Positions 1 to 10,238 are shown, counted from the first letter of the stretch. The stretch is 64,000 bases of DNA from an uncultured Oscillospiraceae bacterium (GCA_964525015.1 CAZGFY010000007.1:2414-66413), one strand, 5' to 3'. Notes: generated by a model from the sequence alone, not told the origin. A program made the numbers and translations.

Positions 1-651
1 AGTACATTGATAAGAACAATTAATCGTATGCATGATATAACTAGTGGATCTTTAACAGTTGATGGAACAGAAGTTATAAGTTTAAAAGGTAAGGCGCTTC
101 GTACTTTTAGGCGAAATATAGGCATGATTTTTCAGTCCTTTAATCTTGTAACAAGAACAACAGTTATTCGTAATGTATTAACTTCAAGAGTTCCAGAGCT
201 TCCTTTATGGCGCAATTTACTTGGTGTTTTTAGTAAAGAAGATACTGTGCTTGCACTAGAAGCGCTAGATAAAGTGGGGATTTTGGAAAAAGCATATACA
301 AGGGTGGATCAACTTTCAGGCGGACAACAACAACGTGTTGCGCTTGCAAGGACTTTAGCACAAAATCCAAATATTATTCTTGCAGACGAGCCAGTTGCAG
401 CTCTTGACCCAGTTACGGCGAATCAAGTGATGGATGATTTTAAACAAATTAACAAAGATATGAATATCACAGTTGTTATAAATATTCACCATGTAGATTT
501 AGCACTTAAATACGCTCAAAGAGTTGTGGGTATTAAAGCAGGTAAAATCGTGTACGATGGACCAAGCGATAAAGTTACAAAAGATATTTTAAATAACATT
601 TACGACAATAAAGAGATAGACACTTTAGAGGAGGAGCTGTTAAATGTTTAA
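1..651 (+). CDS. phnC: Phosphonate ABC transporter ATP-binding protein PhnC, 5-prime end cut by window edge
   Basis: The frame is open back to base 1, so the true start lies upstream. ABC signature LSGGQQQRVALARTL, Walker B IILADEP, H-loop INIHH, PhnC-like RRNIGMIFQSFNLV. Followed by two PhnE-type permease genes. Confidence 0.85.
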   Translation, partial: STLIRTINRMHDITSGSLTVDGTEVISLKGKALRTFRRNIGMIFQSFNLVTRTTVIRNVLTSRVPELPLWRNLLGVFSKEDTVLALEALDKVGILEKAYTRVDQLSGGQQQRVALARTLAQNPNIILADEPVAALDPVTANQVMDDFKQINKDMNITVVINIHHVDLALKYAQRVVGIKAGKIVYDGPSDKVTKDILNNIYDNKEIDTLEEELLNV

Positions 652-1459
652 AAATATTTTTAAACCTAAGATTATAACACTCTCAAATGGTAAATCAATT
701 CAGCAAAAACGTTCGTCTGTTCCTATAATAATTATTATACTTATAATAAGTACAATAATTTGTGCACAGATGACAGATTTTGACCTTGGCATTTTGATTG
801 ATAGGGGAGATGAGTTTTTTAAATATTTTGCAAGAATGATACCAGTTACCATAGAATATTTTCCTAAAATAATAGACCCACTTTTAGATACAATAAAAAT
901 GTCGTTACTTGGCTCAGTTCTTGGAGCTGTACTAGCAATACCAATTGCAGTAATTTCAGCAGGTAATATTATGAAAAATCCTGTGATACTATGGACAGCT
1001 CGCTTGATTTTAAGTGTTGTGCGAACAATACCTACACTTGTAATTGCACTTGTTGCAACATTTGTTTTAGGGCTTGGTACGCTTGCGGGTACAACTGCTA
1101 TAACAGCGTTTACATTTTCTTACATAGGTAAATTACTTTATGAGCAAATTGAAACAGCAGATATGGGAGCATTTGAAGCGATGGAATCTATGGGGGCAAC
1201 TAAAACTCAAGCGTTTATTGGGGCAATAGTTCCGCAAATTTTACCAACATATATTGCAAATTGTCTTTTTAATTTCGAGGGTAATGTGAGATATGCTTCG
1301 ATATTAGGGTTTGTTGGTGCCGGTGGTTTAGGACTTATTATCAACGAAAAAATCGACTGGCAAGAGTATGGCAGTGTGGGAATGATATTAATTGTGCTAT
1401 TTATAGCTGTTGCAATTATTGAGGCAGTAAGCCATTATATAAGAAAAAAATTAACTTAA
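644..1459 (+). CDS. phnE: Phosphonate ABC transporter permease PhnE (copy 1)
   Basis: ATG 644 overlaps the phnC stop and is preceded by GGAGGAG. Polytopic membrane protein with a PhnE-type cytoplasmic loop (ETADMGAFEAMESMGATKTQAF) and VGAGGLGLIINEKI near the C-terminus. Confidence 0.8.
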   Translation: MFKNIFKPKIITLSNGKSIQQKRSSVPIIIIILIISTIICAQMTDFDLGILIDRGDEFFKYFARMIPVTIEYFPKIIDPLLDTIKMSLLGSVLGAVLAIPIAVISAGNIMKNPVILWTARLILSVVRTIPTLVIALVATFVLGLGTLAGTTAITAFTFSYIGKLLYEQIETADMGAFEAMESMGATKTQAFIGAIVPQILPTYIANCLFNFEGNVRYASILGFVGAGGLGLIINEKIDWQEYGSVGMILIVLFIAVAIIEAVSHYIRKKLT

Positions 1460-1475
1460 CAAGGAGGCAATAATT

Positions 1476-2285
1476 ATGAGCGAAATTATACTTAGACAGT
1501 ATGAGAAAAAACCAAATATTATTAAAAAGCAAATTATTGTGTCTGCAATTATGTTTTTTTTGATGGTATGGTCTGCAACTGCACTTAATTTTGATAATAT
1601 CTCAGATGATGGCAGTGCAATAGTAAGCGGAATTTTACAAGGTTTGGCAAATCCGGATTTGGAGTTTTTATTTGATTTAACAGAGCAAGGAGTGCCGTTT
1701 TTGCTAATTCAAACAATTGCAATTGCATTTCTTGGTACATTAGTGGGTGCAATTATAGCGATACCCCTTTCTTTTTTAAGTGCATCAAATATTGTGCCAA
1801 AAATCGTAGCTATTATTTTTAGAACAATTATTATGATGATTAGAACAGTTCCTGTTTTTATCTATGGTATAATTTTTGTTAGGGTGGCAGGGCCTGGTCC
1901 ATTTGCAGGATTATTAACTATGTCGTTTTCATCAATTGGTATGGTTTGTAAGCTTTACATAGAATCTATTGAAGATTTAGATAATAAAATATTGGAATCA
2001 CTTGATGCTTCTGGCTGTAATCTTTTTCAAAAAATACAATACGGCATATTACCACAATTAATGCCAGATTTTTTATCAGCTATAATATATAGATTTGATA
2101 TGAATGTACGTGATGCAACAGTTTTAGGGCTAGTTGGGGCAGGTGGCGTTGGTGCACCACTTATTTTTGCAATGAACTCATATCGCTGGAGCGAGGTTAG
2201 TTCTATTTTAATAGGGCTTATTGTATTGGTGCTAATAGTTGAATATTTCTCAACAAAAATAAGAAAAAAACTTGCAAGAGGCTAA
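1476..2285 (+). CDS. phnE: Phosphonate ABC transporter permease PhnE (copy 2)
   Basis: Paralogue of 644..1459 with the same loop and C-terminal motif (ESLDASGCNLFQ; VGAGGVGAPLIFAMN). AGGAGG lies upstream of the ATG. Confidence 0.8.
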   Translation: MSEIILRQYEKKPNIIKKQIIVSAIMFFLMVWSATALNFDNISDDGSAIVSGILQGLANPDLEFLFDLTEQGVPFLLIQTIAIAFLGTLVGAIIAIPLSFLSASNIVPKIVAIIFRTIIMMIRTVPVFIYGIIFVRVAGPGPFAGLLTMSFSSIGMVCKLYIESIEDLDNKILESLDASGCNLFQKIQYGILPQLMPDFLSAIIYRFDMNVRDATVLGLVGAGGVGAPLIFAMNSYRWSEVSSILIGLIVLVLIVEYFSTKIRKKLARG

Positions 2286-2293
2286 AAAATTAA

Positions 2294-2336
2294 GGCTGTC
2301 GCAAATGATTTAAATCATTGCGACAGCCTTTTTATA
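2294..2336 (+). terminator. Intrinsic terminator after the phn transporter genes
   Basis: Stem GGCTGTCGCAATGATT / AATCATTGCGACAGCC (one bulged A in the left arm), followed by TTTTTAT. Confidence 0.8.
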
Positions 2337-2492
2337 TTGCGTAAATTAAAAAAATACTACTATATCGGATACTCTAGCCTTACTCACATAATCCGAACCG
2401 CCTAAAATCGGATAATTTTTCTCTAAAACTTGAGTTTAATTCACTTATAAGGCAAAAGTGGAGATTTAATTATAAGATGTATAAATAAGAGT

Positions 2493-3533
2493 TTATCTTG
2501 TTGTGCCACGATTAATAAAAGATGGGGTCATATATGTTTTTGAAATAGCACGAAGTTTACTTAAATTTGGATTTAAATTAATTTTTGTTTGAAGTGAATA
2601 GACAGCTGAAATTCCTAAATCTTCTTTTGAGCATTTAATTGTTGATAAACTTGGCTCACACATTGTTGCAATGGGAATATCATCAAAACCTATAATAGAA
2701 ACATCGTTAGGAACAGAATATCCAGCAGATTTAATTGCCCTTAATGCAGCGATGGCTAAAACATCATTATCTGCAAAAAAAGCATCAGGTAAGCTAGGAT
2801 TTTCATTTAACCAGTTTTCAACATCAGTGTAGGCATCTGTTGAAGAAAGTCCGATATCAAGTGTTGTGAATAATGATAGATTGTTTTTTGAAAGTTCGTT
2901 TATTAATCCAGCCTCACGCTCATCGAAATTTAAAAGTCTGGTTTTTGATTTTAAATATCCAATGGTTTTACACCCAGAGCGAAGTAAAGATTTTACAGCA
3001 AGTGCACCACCTGAAAAATTATCATTACCAATACTATCCTCTTCGCCAGCTAAAATCATTGTATCGATAATTACTTTAGGTATATCTTTTGTTATATCCA
3101 TAAGTTTTCGCATATCGCTTGCAGTTTCGCTATTTACGTCGGTTGCAAGGATAATAAGCCCGTCAACATTAGTTACAAGTTCTATTGTGCTTTGATTTAA
3201 AATATTTTTAACATCTATATATTTTACCAAAGTGTTGTATCCTATTTCTTGGGCGGCTGTGTCAACTCCATATAAAACACAACTTTCAAACATACTATGT
3301 TCTCCACTTTTAACATAGCTATCTGTTATAACAAGATAGCAGATAGTTTTACTTTGTGAAGAATTTTTTGTATCATTATTTTGAGGTAAACGCATACCGT
3401 GTTCAATTGCAGACTTTAAAACTATTTCTCTAGTTTTCTTGCTAACACCATCCTTACCATTTAAAGCAAGGGAGACAGCAGCGGCTGATATTCCGAGTTT
3501 TTTTGCTAATTCTTTAGCTGTTAACTGTTCCAT
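2493..3533 (-). CDS. LacI-family transcriptional regulator
   Basis: N-terminal HTH LTAKELAKKLGISAAAVSLALNGKDGVSKKTRE plus a periplasmic-binding-fold sugar domain (IIGFDDIPIA). Divergent from the sugar ABC operon. Confidence 0.85.
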   Translation of the reverse strand: MEQLTAKELAKKLGISAAAVSLALNGKDGVSKKTREIVLKSAIEHGMRLPQNNDTKNSSQSKTICYLVITDSYVKSGEHSMFESCVLYGVDTAAQEIGYNTLVKYIDVKNILNQSTIELVTNVDGLIILATDVNSETASDMRKLMDITKDIPKVIIDTMILAGEEDSIGNDNFSGGALAVKSLLRSGCKTIGYLKSKTRLLNFDEREAGLINELSKNNLSLFTTLDIGLSSTDAYTDVENWLNENPSLPDAFFADNDVLAIAALRAIKSAGYSVPNDVSIIGFDDIPIATMCEPSLSTIKCSKEDLGISAVYSLQTKINLNPNLSKLRAISKTYMTPSFINRGTTR

Positions 3534-3823
3534 ATTAAACTCCTTAACTAAATATTAAGTTAATATTTAGTGATTATTAATTTGATTATATACTAATATT
3601 TATTTAAAATCAAGCATAAATTAATTAAAATAAATATTTCTAAAATATTAATTAAAAAATAATATTTTATTAAGTAACTTACAGAATTAGCCTTAAACTA
3701 GATAATATATACTAAAATAATCAACATTAAGGGTGTCTATTGACGAAATACACAAATTAAATATTAATAAATTGAGTCTATATACAAAATTTTGGTAAAT
3801 GGCAAAAATTAGCTAATTTTCAC

Positions 3824-3853
3824 TTGACTAAACGATGCTTATTGATTTATTAT
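3824..3853 (+). promoter_or_regulatory. Candidate sigma-A promoter of the sugar ABC operon
   Basis: TTGACT at 3824-3829, with TATTAT/TATATA-like -10 hexamers 17-18 nt downstream. AT-rich context, so weak support. Confidence 0.3.
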
Positions 3854-3899
3854 ATAAATAAGTTAAGGGGAATTAAGTTGATTTCCTAAATCTTTAAAA

Positions 3900-5036
3900 A
3901 TGAAAGGACAAAAGAAAATGAAAAAACTGATTGCATTAATTTTAGCGGCAGCATTATCTCTAAGTCTTGCTGCATGTAGCTCTTCAACAGAAACAACAAC
4001 AACTGAAGAAGAAACTACTACAACAACAACAACGGAAGGTACTGAAGGTGAAGGCACAGGTCTTATCGGCGTTGCAATGCCTACTAAAGATCTTCAAAGA
4101 TGGAACCAAGATGGTACAAATATGGAAGCTCAACTAGTTGAAGCTGGATATGAAGTTGACCTGCAATATGCAGCTAATGATATTGCAACACAAGTTAGCC
4201 AAATTGAAAATATGATTTCAAATGGCGTAGAAGTTTTAGTTGTTGCTTCAATCGACGGCTCAGCTCTTGGAACAGTTATGTCACAAGCTAAAGAAGCAGG
4301 AATTCCTGTTATCGCTTATGATAGATTAATTATGGACTCAGATGCAGTTTCATACTATGCAACATTTGATAACTATGATGTTGGTGTAAAACAAGGTTTA
4401 TACATTGAAGAAGCATTAGATTTAAAAAATGCTGGTGATAAAACATACAATATCGAATTTATTACTGGTGACCCAGGGGATAATAATATCAACTTCTTCT
4501 TTGGTGGTGCTATGAGTATTCTTCAGCCTTACCTAGACGCTGGCACATTAGTTTGTCCATCAGGTCAAACAGAACAATCAGCAGTTGCAACAGCTAACTG
4601 GGCAACAGATGCAGCTCAATCTCGTTTTGAAAACATTTTATCTTCATACTACTCAGATGGAACTCAATTAGATGCAGTTTTAGCTTCTAACGACTCAACT
4701 GCTATTGGTGTAGCGAATGCTTTAGCTTCTTCATACACAGGCGAATACCCAGTTCTAACTGGTCAAGACTGTGATATCGTTGCAGTTCAAAACATCGTTG
4801 ATGGAAAACAATCAATGTCAGTATTTAAAGATACTCGTGACTTAGCAGAAAAAACAGTTGAAATGGTTGATGCTATTATGAAAGGCAGTGAACCACCAGT
4901 AAACGATACAGAAACTTATGACAATGGAACAGGCGTTGTGCCATCATACCTATGTGAACCAGTTGTTGGAACACTTGACAATTACGAAGAATTATTAATT
5001 GAATCTGGATACTACACAGCAGATCAAATCCAATAA
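3900..5036 (+). CDS. CUT2 sugar ABC transporter substrate-binding lipoprotein (ChvE/XylF-like)
   Basis: Lipobox LSLAAC, a Thr/Glu-rich linker, then GVAMPTKDLQRWNQDG, VIAYDRLI and SYYATFDN blocks typical of ChvE-type multiple-sugar binding proteins. ATG 3918 is an alternative start. Confidence 0.85.
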   Translation: MKGQKKMKKLIALILAAALSLSLAACSSSTETTTTEEETTTTTTTEGTEGEGTGLIGVAMPTKDLQRWNQDGTNMEAQLVEAGYEVDLQYAANDIATQVSQIENMISNGVEVLVVASIDGSALGTVMSQAKEAGIPVIAYDRLIMDSDAVSYYATFDNYDVGVKQGLYIEEALDLKNAGDKTYNIEFITGDPGDNNINFFFGGAMSILQPYLDAGTLVCPSGQTEQSAVATANWATDAAQSRFENILSSYYSDGTQLDAVLASNDSTAIGVANALASSYTGEYPVLTGQDCDIVAVQNIVDGKQSMSVFKDTRDLAEKTVEMVDAIMKGSEPPVNDTETYDNGTGVVPSYLCEPVVGTLDNYEELLIESGYYTADQIQ

Positions 5037-5055
5037 TAAAACCTTGACTCCATAA

Positions 5056-5102
5056 TCGTCGGGCAAGAAGGATGAGTCCGCCTTGCCTGGCGATTTATTT
5101 TT
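5056..5102 (+). terminator. Intercistronic hairpin/attenuating terminator after the binding-protein gene
   Basis: 12-bp stem TCGTCGGGCAAG / CTTGCCTGGCGA (2 G-U pairs) followed by TTTATTTTT. The usual arrangement giving excess binding-protein mRNA in ABC operons. Confidence 0.6.
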
Positions 5103-5132
5103 AAAAGGAGCTAAAGGAAGGGAGGAAAAAAG

Positions 5133-6668
5133 ATGTCTGAATACATTTTAGAAATGAAAGATATCACAAAAACTTTTGGACCAGTTAGGGCGCTAGATAC
5201 TGTTAATCTTAAAGTTAAAAAAGGGCATATACACGCATTAGTTGGCGAAAATGGTGCAGGAAAATCCACTCTTATGAACGTGCTTTCAGGAGTTTATGCT
5301 CACGGAAGCTACACAGGGGATATTATTTATGAGGGTGATGTCTGTAAATTTTCAAAAATACATGATAGTGAAAATAAGGGAATTATAATTATTCACCAAG
5401 AACTCGCTTTAATACCTGAAATGTCGATTGGTGAAAATATGTTTTTAGGAAATGAAAAAGGCAAAAAAATGGCAATCGACTGGGATAATACATATAGTGA
5501 AGCCGATAAATACCTAAAAACAGTTGGCTTAAAAGAGCCTTCAAGAACTAAAGTTAGCGAACTAGGTGTTGGTAAACAGCAACTAGTTGAAATAGCAAAA
5601 GCTTTAGCTAAAAATGCAAAACTACTTATCTTAGATGAACCAACTTCATCTTTAAATGAGGCTGATTCATTGGCACTTCTTGAATTGTTATTACAATTTA
5701 AAGAGGAAGGAATGACATCGATTATAATATCTCATAAATTAAATGAGGTATCATATGTTGCAGATGAGATAACTGTTATTCGTGATGGTCAAAGTATTGA
5801 AACAATTGAAAAAGGAAATACTTCAATTGACGAAAACCGTATTATTAAAGGTATGGTTGGCAGAGAATTATCTGATAGATTCCCAAAAAGGCTAGAAAAT
5901 TATGTCACAGATGAAGTGGCTTTAAAAGTTGATAATTGGTCGGTTATTCATCCAATTTATCGCGATAGAAAAGTTGTTGATGATGTGTCTTTTAATATTA
6001 AAAAAGGTGAAGTTGTTGGTTTTTCAGGGCTTCAAGGAGCAGGAAGAACAGAGCTTGTTATGAGTTTGTTTGGAAAAAGCTATGGCCAGTATGCTGGTGG
6101 GAAAATGAGCATTCTAGGAAATGAAGTTTCACCTAAAAATGAAAAAGAAGCCATTAAAATGGGTCTTGCCTATGTAACAGAGGATAGAAAAGGCAATGGA
6201 CTGATTTTAAGTAATCCAATAAGAATAAACACAACTTTAGCAAATCTTACTGGAGTTTCTAAAAATAGCGTTATTGATATTGATATGGAGCATAAAGTTT
6301 CAAAAGAATATGTTGAAAAAATGCACACTAAATGTTCTGGAGTAGAGCAAAATGTTGGAAACTTATCTGGTGGTAATCAGCAAAAGGTATTGCTTTCAAA
6401 ATGGATGTTTTCAAATCCAGAAGTGCTGATATTAGATGAGCCAACTAGGGGTATCGATGTTGGTGCAAAATATGAAATCTACTGCATTATCAATGATTTA
6501 GTTTCAATGGGGAAATCAGTTATTATAATTTCATCTGAAATGCCTGAAGTTTTAGGGATGAGTGATAGAATTTATGTTATGAATGAAGGCAAAATTGTTG
6601 GCGAATTCAAAACAGAAGATGCAACTCAAGAAAAAATTATGGCAAGTATCTTAAAATCAGGTGCATAA
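5133..6668 (+). CDS. Sugar ABC transporter ATP-binding protein, duplicated cassette (GguA/XylG-like)
   Basis: Two ABC cassettes: GENGAGKST / LGVGKQQLVEIAKAL / LILDEP, and GLQGAGRTE / LSGGNQQKVLLSKW / LILDEPTRGIDVGAK. Confidence 0.9.
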   Translation: MSEYILEMKDITKTFGPVRALDTVNLKVKKGHIHALVGENGAGKSTLMNVLSGVYAHGSYTGDIIYEGDVCKFSKIHDSENKGIIIIHQELALIPEMSIGENMFLGNEKGKKMAIDWDNTYSEADKYLKTVGLKEPSRTKVSELGVGKQQLVEIAKALAKNAKLLILDEPTSSLNEADSLALLELLLQFKEEGMTSIIISHKLNEVSYVADEITVIRDGQSIETIEKGNTSIDENRIIKGMVGRELSDRFPKRLENYVTDEVALKVDNWSVIHPIYRDRKVVDDVSFNIKKGEVVGFSGLQGAGRTELVMSLFGKSYGQYAGGKMSILGNEVSPKNEKEAIKMGLAYVTEDRKGNGLILSNPIRINTTLANLTGVSKNSVIDIDMEHKVSKEYVEKMHTKCSGVEQNVGNLSGGNQQKVLLSKWMFSNPEVLILDEPTRGIDVGAKYEIYCIINDLVSMGKSVIIISSEMPEVLGMSDRIYVMNEGKIVGEFKTEDATQEKIMASILKSGA

Positions 6669-6795
6669 AAAGAAATAAAAAGTTTGAAAAATAAAAGTCA
6701 AACTTATAAGTTTTGTGTTTTACTTAAGTAATAAATTAATAAAAATACAAATTTAAAATTAATTATGGCAAAAAACACAAAACATAGAGAAAGGA

Positions 6796-8052
6796 ATGGT
6801 TATTATTATGAATAAATTAGCTGAAAAATCTCCAGTAGAAAATAAAAAAGCTAAAGGCAATTTACCAATAGGAGAATTAGTGCAAAAATACACAATGGTG
6901 ATTATCCTAGTTTTGGTTATAGCTTTTTTTACATGGGGGACAGATGGTAAGTTATTACTTCCACAGAATGTTACTAACTTAATTTCGCAAAATGCGTATG
7001 TGTTTGTATTAGCAGTTGGTATGCTACTTTGTATATTAACTGGTGGTAATATCGATTTATCCGTTGGCTCGGTTGCTGCGTTTGTTGGCGCTGTTGGTGC
7101 TATTATGATGCAAGATGGTGTTAATGTGTGGGCAGCTTGTATAACAATGCTTTTAATAGGGCTTGGTATCGGCGTTTGGCAAGGATTTTGGATTGCCTAT
7201 GTAAGAGTTCCACCTTTTATCGTAACTTTAGCAGGGATGCTCGTTTTTAGAGGTCTTGCAAACGTTGTTTTAGAAGGTATGACAGTTGCTATAAAAAGCG
7301 ATGTATTCGTTAGCACTTTTGGTGGTGGTGCAAGCCCTTATATTCCTGATATATTCGGCGGTGGTATCACTATGATGGTTTCAGGAAAAGAAACAGAACT
7401 TAATACTTTAACACTAGTAGTTGGCGCTGTTGGGATTATTATTTACTTAATATCACAATTAAATGCAAGAAAAACAAGAATTAAAAAAGGATATGAAGTT
7501 GAGTCAATGGCTGCAATGGCTGGAAAATCAGCTTTAATTATAGCTACTATACTATTCTTTACAATTAAATTAAGCCAATACAAAGGTATTCCAACATCAT
7601 TAATATGGGTTGCTGTTATTATAGCTATATATGCGTATATAACATCTAAAACAACTGTTGGTAGACATTTCTATGCAGTTGGTGGTAATGAAAAAGCAGC
7701 AAAACTTTCAGGTATAGACACAAATAAAATCTACTTTATGGCTTATGCAAATATGGGGCTTTTATCAGCTTTAGCAGGTATGCTAACAATAGCTAGGATG
7801 ACATCAGCACAGCCTACATATGGTCAAAACTATGAAATGGACGCTATTGGTTCTTGCTTTATCGGTGGTGCATCTGCATACGGTGGTATAGGAACCGTTC
7901 CAGGGGTAATTGTTGGTGCTTTACTAATGGGTGTAATAAATCTTGGTATGAGTATTATGGGCGTTGATGCAAACTATCAAAGAGTTGTAAAAGGTTTAGT
8001 TCTTTTAGCAGCTGTTATATTTGATGTTGTGTCTAAAAAACGCAAAGCTTAA
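6796..8052 (+). CDS. Sugar ABC transporter permease (GguB/XylH-like)
   Basis: Polytopic membrane protein with FYAVGGNEKAAKLSGI and the ARMTSAQP loop typical of CUT2 permeases. The likely real start is ATG 6808, because the SD is too close to 6796. Confidence 0.85.
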   Translation: MVIIMNKLAEKSPVENKKAKGNLPIGELVQKYTMVIILVLVIAFFTWGTDGKLLLPQNVTNLISQNAYVFVLAVGMLLCILTGGNIDLSVGSVAAFVGAVGAIMMQDGVNVWAACITMLLIGLGIGVWQGFWIAYVRVPPFIVTLAGMLVFRGLANVVLEGMTVAIKSDVFVSTFGGGASPYIPDIFGGGITMMVSGKETELNTLTLVVGAVGIIIYLISQLNARKTRIKKGYEVESMAAMAGKSALIIATILFFTIKLSQYKGIPTSLIWVAVIIAIYAYITSKTTVGRHFYAVGGNEKAAKLSGIDTNKIYFMAYANMGLLSALAGMLTIARMTSAQPTYGQNYEMDAIGSCFIGGASAYGGIGTVPGVIVGALLMGVINLGMSIMGVDANYQRVVKGLVLLAAVIFDVVSKKRKA

Positions 8053-8076
8053 TTAATAAAAAGGAATTAATGTATT

Positions 8077-8700
8077 ATGAAAATTAAATCAGTATTTGAG
8101 CCAGCATTTTTAGAATATGGTCAGGTTGTTACTGGGTATGATTTTTCTTTGGTGCTAGATATTTTAGAAAATAAAACAGAACTACCAGAAGGAGTTATCT
8201 ATGTTCCTTCCGAGCCACTTTTAGAAGAAACAGAAGTTTTTTTAGAAGTTCAAAACAATGCTTTTGGGGGTATGCCAATACAATTTGGATATTGTAATGG
8301 GCACAATACAAAACTAAACTGCCTTGAATATCACAGAGATAGCGAAATTAATATAGGCACTCGTGATTTTGTTCTTCTTTTAGCAAAGCAAACTAATATT
8401 TCAAATGGAAAACTACACACATCTACTGTTGAAGCGTTTAGCTGTCCAGCAGGAGTAGCAGTTGAACTATTTGCAACATCACTTCACTATGCACCTTGCA
8501 AAACTGATGGTGGATTTAAGGTTATGGTAGTGTTACCAAAGGGAACTAACACAGATAAACCAGAAATTAAAGCTAAAAATCAAGATGACTTAAGACTTTT
8601 TGCAAAAAATAAATGGCTACTTGCGCATAAAGATACTAGCGAAGCTGAAAATGGGGCTTACGTTGGATTAGAAGGAAAAAATATAGATATTAGTCTATAA
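8077..8700 (+). CDS. DUF4867-like protein (small cupin-like, function unknown)
   Basis: The block FGGMPIQFGYCNGHNTKLNCLEYHRDSEINIG and LHYAPCK match my recollection of the DUF4867 family, which often neighbours FucI-like isomerase/FGGY kinase genes. Not verified by search. Confidence 0.55.
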   Translation: MKIKSVFEPAFLEYGQVVTGYDFSLVLDILENKTELPEGVIYVPSEPLLEETEVFLEVQNNAFGGMPIQFGYCNGHNTKLNCLEYHRDSEINIGTRDFVLLLAKQTNISNGKLHTSTVEAFSCPAGVAVELFATSLHYAPCKTDGGFKVMVVLPKGTNTDKPEIKAKNQDDLRLFAKNKWLLAHKDTSEAENGAYVGLEGKNIDISL

Positions 8701-8722
8701 CTAACAAATTTAAAATATTGAA

Positions 8723-10213
8723 ATGGAGAAAAATATTATGCTACAAAATATGCCTGAAGTAAAACTTGGTATTATAGGGGTTTCAAGAGATTGTTTCCCA
8801 GCTTCTTTAACAGAAAGAAGACGCAAAGCAATATGCGATATTTATGGTGCAGAGTTATATCAATGTCCAATAACTGTTGAAACAGAATTAGATGCAAAAA
8901 AAGCAGTTGAAGATGTTAAAAATAATGGAGTAAACTCTCTAGTTGTATTCCTTGGCAACTTTGGCCCAGAAACACCAGAAACAATGATAACTGATTGGTT
9001 TACAGGGCCAATTATGTATGTTGCTGCTTCTGAGGGTGATGGAGATTTAATAGATGGTAGGGGTGATGCATACTGTGGTATGCTAAACTGTAGCTATAAT
9101 CTTGGAATTAGAGGTAAAACTGCATATATTCCAGAATTCCCAGTTGGAACAGCTAAAGAAATTGTAGGTAAAATTAATGATTTTAAATCAATTGCAAGAG
9201 CAGTTTTAGGCGTTAAAAACCTAAAAGTTATAACATTTGGTCCACGTCCGAGCGACTTTTTGGCGTGTAATGGCCCAATTAAAGGCTTATATGATTTAGG
9301 CGTTGAAGTTGAAGAAAATAGCGAACTTGATTTACTAGCAGCATTTAATGCACACGCTGGTGATGAAAGAATAGATGCTATCCTAGATGATATGCAAAAA
9401 GAATTAGGTGCCGAAAATAAATATGCTGGTATCCTGCCAAAACTTGCACAATTTGAGTTAACATTATTAGACTGGATGGAAAGCCATAAAGGGGCAAGAG
9501 ATTATGTAGTGTTTGCAAATAAATGCTGGCCATCATTCCAAACTGAATTTGGATTTGTGCCTTGCTATGTGAATTCACGCCTAACAGGTAGAGGAATTCC
9601 AGTTTCTTGCGAAGTTGATATTTATGGTGCTTTATCAGAATACATAGGTCAATGCGTTTCAAATGGGGCAGTAACACTTTTAGATATTAATAACACAGTT
9701 CCAGATAGTATGTATCAAGAGTCAATTAAAGATAAATACGATATCAGACTAGACGAAACATTTATGGGCTTCCACTGTGGAAACACTTGCTCAGATTTAC
9801 TAAGAAATCCACATATGAGCTATCAAAGAATTATGAAACGTGGACTTGAGCCAGACCTTGCTGAGCCGAATATTTCAAGAGGAACACTTGAAGGAGATAT
9901 TAAAGCTGGCGAAGTTACAATTTATCGCCTGCAAAGTGGAGCTGATACATCATTAAAAGCATATATTGCTCAAGGTGAAGTACTAGATGTTGAAACTCAA
10001 AGTTTTGGTGGTATTGGTATTATTGCAGTTCCAGAAATGGATAGATTCTATCGCCATGTTTTAATTGCAAAACAATATCCACACCACGCAGCGGTTGCAT
10101 TTGGCAAACACGGAAAATTAATATTTGAAGTATTTAAATATCTTGGAATTAAAGATATTTCATACAATCAACCAAAACACTTACCATACCCAGGTGAAAA
10201 TCCTTTTGCTTAA
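8723..10213 (+). CDS. L-fucose/L-arabinose isomerase-family protein (short FucI-like, substrate unknown)
   Basis: 496 aa. N-terminal LGIIGVSRDCFP and overall length are like the COG2407 FucI-like family, not canonical AraA or 591-aa FucI. The likely start is ATG 8738, with GGAG 8 nt upstream. Confidence 0.65.
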   Translation: MEKNIMLQNMPEVKLGIIGVSRDCFPASLTERRRKAICDIYGAELYQCPITVETELDAKKAVEDVKNNGVNSLVVFLGNFGPETPETMITDWFTGPIMYVAASEGDGDLIDGRGDAYCGMLNCSYNLGIRGKTAYIPEFPVGTAKEIVGKINDFKSIARAVLGVKNLKVITFGPRPSDFLACNGPIKGLYDLGVEVEENSELDLLAAFNAHAGDERIDAILDDMQKELGAENKYAGILPKLAQFELTLLDWMESHKGARDYVVFANKCWPSFQTEFGFVPCYVNSRLTGRGIPVSCEVDIYGALSEYIGQCVSNGAVTLLDINNTVPDSMYQESIKDKYDIRLDETFMGFHCGNTCSDLLRNPHMSYQRIMKRGLEPDLAEPNISRGTLEGDIKAGEVTIYRLQSGADTSLKAYIAQGEVLDVETQSFGGIGIIAVPEMDRFYRHVLIAKQYPHHAAVAFGKHGKLIFEVFKYLGIKDISYNQPKHLPYPGENPFA

Positions 10214-10238
10214 TAGCTAGGAAAGGAATAACTTAATT

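Noticed and set aside
2340-2492. Possible small RNA or tRNA fragment in the phnE-LacI intergenic region (repeated ATCGGATA, GC-richer patch CCGAACCGCC)
   Set aside because: I could not fold it into a convincing structure or match any known motif. It is left unannotated.
2866-3195. Plus-strand ORFs 2866..3195 and 2873..3070
   Set aside because: They lie entirely inside the well-supported minus-strand LacI gene, with no SD and low-complexity products.
3863-4057. 64-aa minus-strand ORF rich in Val/Ser
   Set aside because: It is the antisense shadow of the Thr/Glu-rich linker (ACN/GAA repeats) of the sugar-binding lipoprotein gene.
9378-9677. The remaining short antisense ORFs in the track: 9378..9677, 10331..10603, 10862..11065, 10939..11124, 14387..14587, 15500..15691, 17032..17238, 19440..19712, 21564..21836, 23691..23912, 28510..28761, 28971..29156, 33224..33409, 34535..34783, 37268..37507, 38333..38533, 39541..39750, 39688..39876, 40843..41067, 43804..44007, 44127..44363, 52200..52412, 54061..54414, 54523..54735, 55540..55743, 58674..58913, 58730..58978, 61387..61602
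   Set aside because: Each is nested in, or opposite to, a longer ORF with clear family motifs. None has a convincing SD, and their compositions look like shadow frames.
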